Below, in pieces: positions 62,601-64,000 of a stretch of DNA of 64,000 nt. The stretch covers positions 1 through 64,000 of the forward strand of contig MU626286.1 of NCBI GenBank assembly GCA_025603075.1, written 5' to 3'. This DNA comes from Neoconidiobolus thromboides FSU 785 (Eukaryota; Fungi; Entomophthoromycota). Numbering within the stretch: the stretch's first letter is position 1; every line of letters starts with the position of its first letter. Under the pieces are notes generated by a model that made no database searches, was not told the DNA's origin, and worked only from the letters and a program-made list of their open reading frames with translations. The position numbers and the translations under genes are program-made.

Positions 62601-64000
62601 GTGAATGCGTCATAACGAGTGACAAAGAATTTGATCCAAGTAGCATGAGGATTGATAGAGTTATACACCAATTTAAATTTACTTGATTTAACTTGTGGGT
62701 CCGTAGGTGTATACTCCATCTTTTGTACAAATGGATTGGCGGTATCTAACTTGATGGAAAATAACCCTTTCTTTTGTACGATTGTCCAAATCCAACAAAA
62801 TTGTATCTCATTCATTAATCTAACTTCAAGATCGCTTCTTTCTGTAGATACCCACGACCAGATACTTGATGCTAACTTAATTGATTCTGTAGTAAATATA
62901 TAAACTGGAATCCAACATACATAACGTATTAAATCATAATCTACTTTATCTTTTTGTAATACTAACCAAGCAGCAGCTTCATTGAGGGTAATCTTAAGTT
63001 CATTCTTACTTATAGGAGTATGGGTTTTTGACAGTCCATAAAGCTCCTTAAGTTTAACCTTTAAACTTATGAGGTATTCTTCTGCTCCCTTTCCATTGAC
63101 TCCATATTCTAAGGATGACACTCGGCCATTAAAGTACGATTTCATTATTGAGCTTCCTGAAAACTGGGATGTATTATCGGGTGGCGAAGCTGCCAATTGA
63201 TTGATTAAATCTAAATTTATTATTATCTCATTGTTATAAAATCAAATTAAGTAAGATTACTTGAAGATTGATGAAATTGGGGAAGTAAACGACCATATTT
63301 CATAGCTAATGAACGACCATAATGAATACCAGTTGAAGTTTCATAAGTAGCGGTTTCATAAAGATAAGCCTATATCAATAAATAAATAAATTTTTTGATC
63401 AATTATTGAGATAAAATCAACCTGTAAATGATTATCCATTTCTGAGGCAGCTACATTTTTACCAGAATGCAACCATTTATTAACTGAGTCACTAAATTGG
63501 GACAGTAGTTGCTTACGATAGTTATAAGAATCAGGTAGCTGAATTGTAACGCCCACTAACTCTGAAGTGAATTCAAATACTGGGCAATACTAACAAAAAA
63601 TAAGTTTAGATCAAAACTGAAAGTATATTAAATAACCTACCTCATCCTGCATTTCCCCTTCACAGCCTTGCCATAACAACTGTAACAATTCTAAAGCAGT
63701 ATATAAGATCCTACGGTGATAAATTAACTGTGGAAAAGCATCAAAGAACTTTTTAGCACAATGTAAAGATACTAACACCATCTTTTCAACACGATGGCAA
63801 CAATTAACCAACACGTTTTGAAGCTGAGAAATAACTGAATTATTGAGGATTAATCCTAAGCCCACATTTTGAGATTCTGCCAAGAATTTAGTCGATACCT
63901 ATGATAAATTTAATAATATCAAAATAAGCTTTTAAAACGATATTACATCATCAGCGATGGCTTCTACTAATACAGCCAATTTACTAACATTAACCGATTC
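59662..64000 (-). CDS. STT4: Phosphatidylinositol 4-kinase alpha (Stt4/PI4KA), 3' part; 5' end outside the window; multi-exon
   Basis: [75 protein letters not shown]; ends GIPH*. Confidence 0.96.

Overview
Very AT-rich eukaryotic nuclear DNA with short GT-AG introns. Protein sequences point to an early-diverging fungus (Entomophthoromycotina/Zoopagomycota-like is an unverified inference). About 20 apparently intact genes are present: an RGS-like gene, ER FKBP, TAD3, AOS1, mitochondrial bL36, ketopantoate reductase, DENR, ORC2, an EED/LRWD1-like WD40 gene, MCM10, a Na/K-ATPase-like P-type pump, HSP90, COQ9, a PI-PLC X-domain protein, DPM1, VPS60, the 3' part of STT4, two paralogous secreted Cys-rich proteins and two orphans. 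The first ~30 kb is a duplication and decay zone. It holds two intact copies, one dead copy and one predicted off-window copy of an intronless secreted Cys-rich gene with a C-terminal hydrophobic hairpin, two ketopantoate reductase pseudogenes and a full-length TAD3 pseudogene. It also holds 15 of 18 copies of a ~100-bp MITE with GGGGATG...CATCCCC termini and a 4-bp target-site duplication. Three decayed paralogs of an F-box/LRR-like family are scattered through the window. No rRNA, tRNA or CRISPR array is supported. Intron boundaries and pseudogene ends were read by eye and are approximate.
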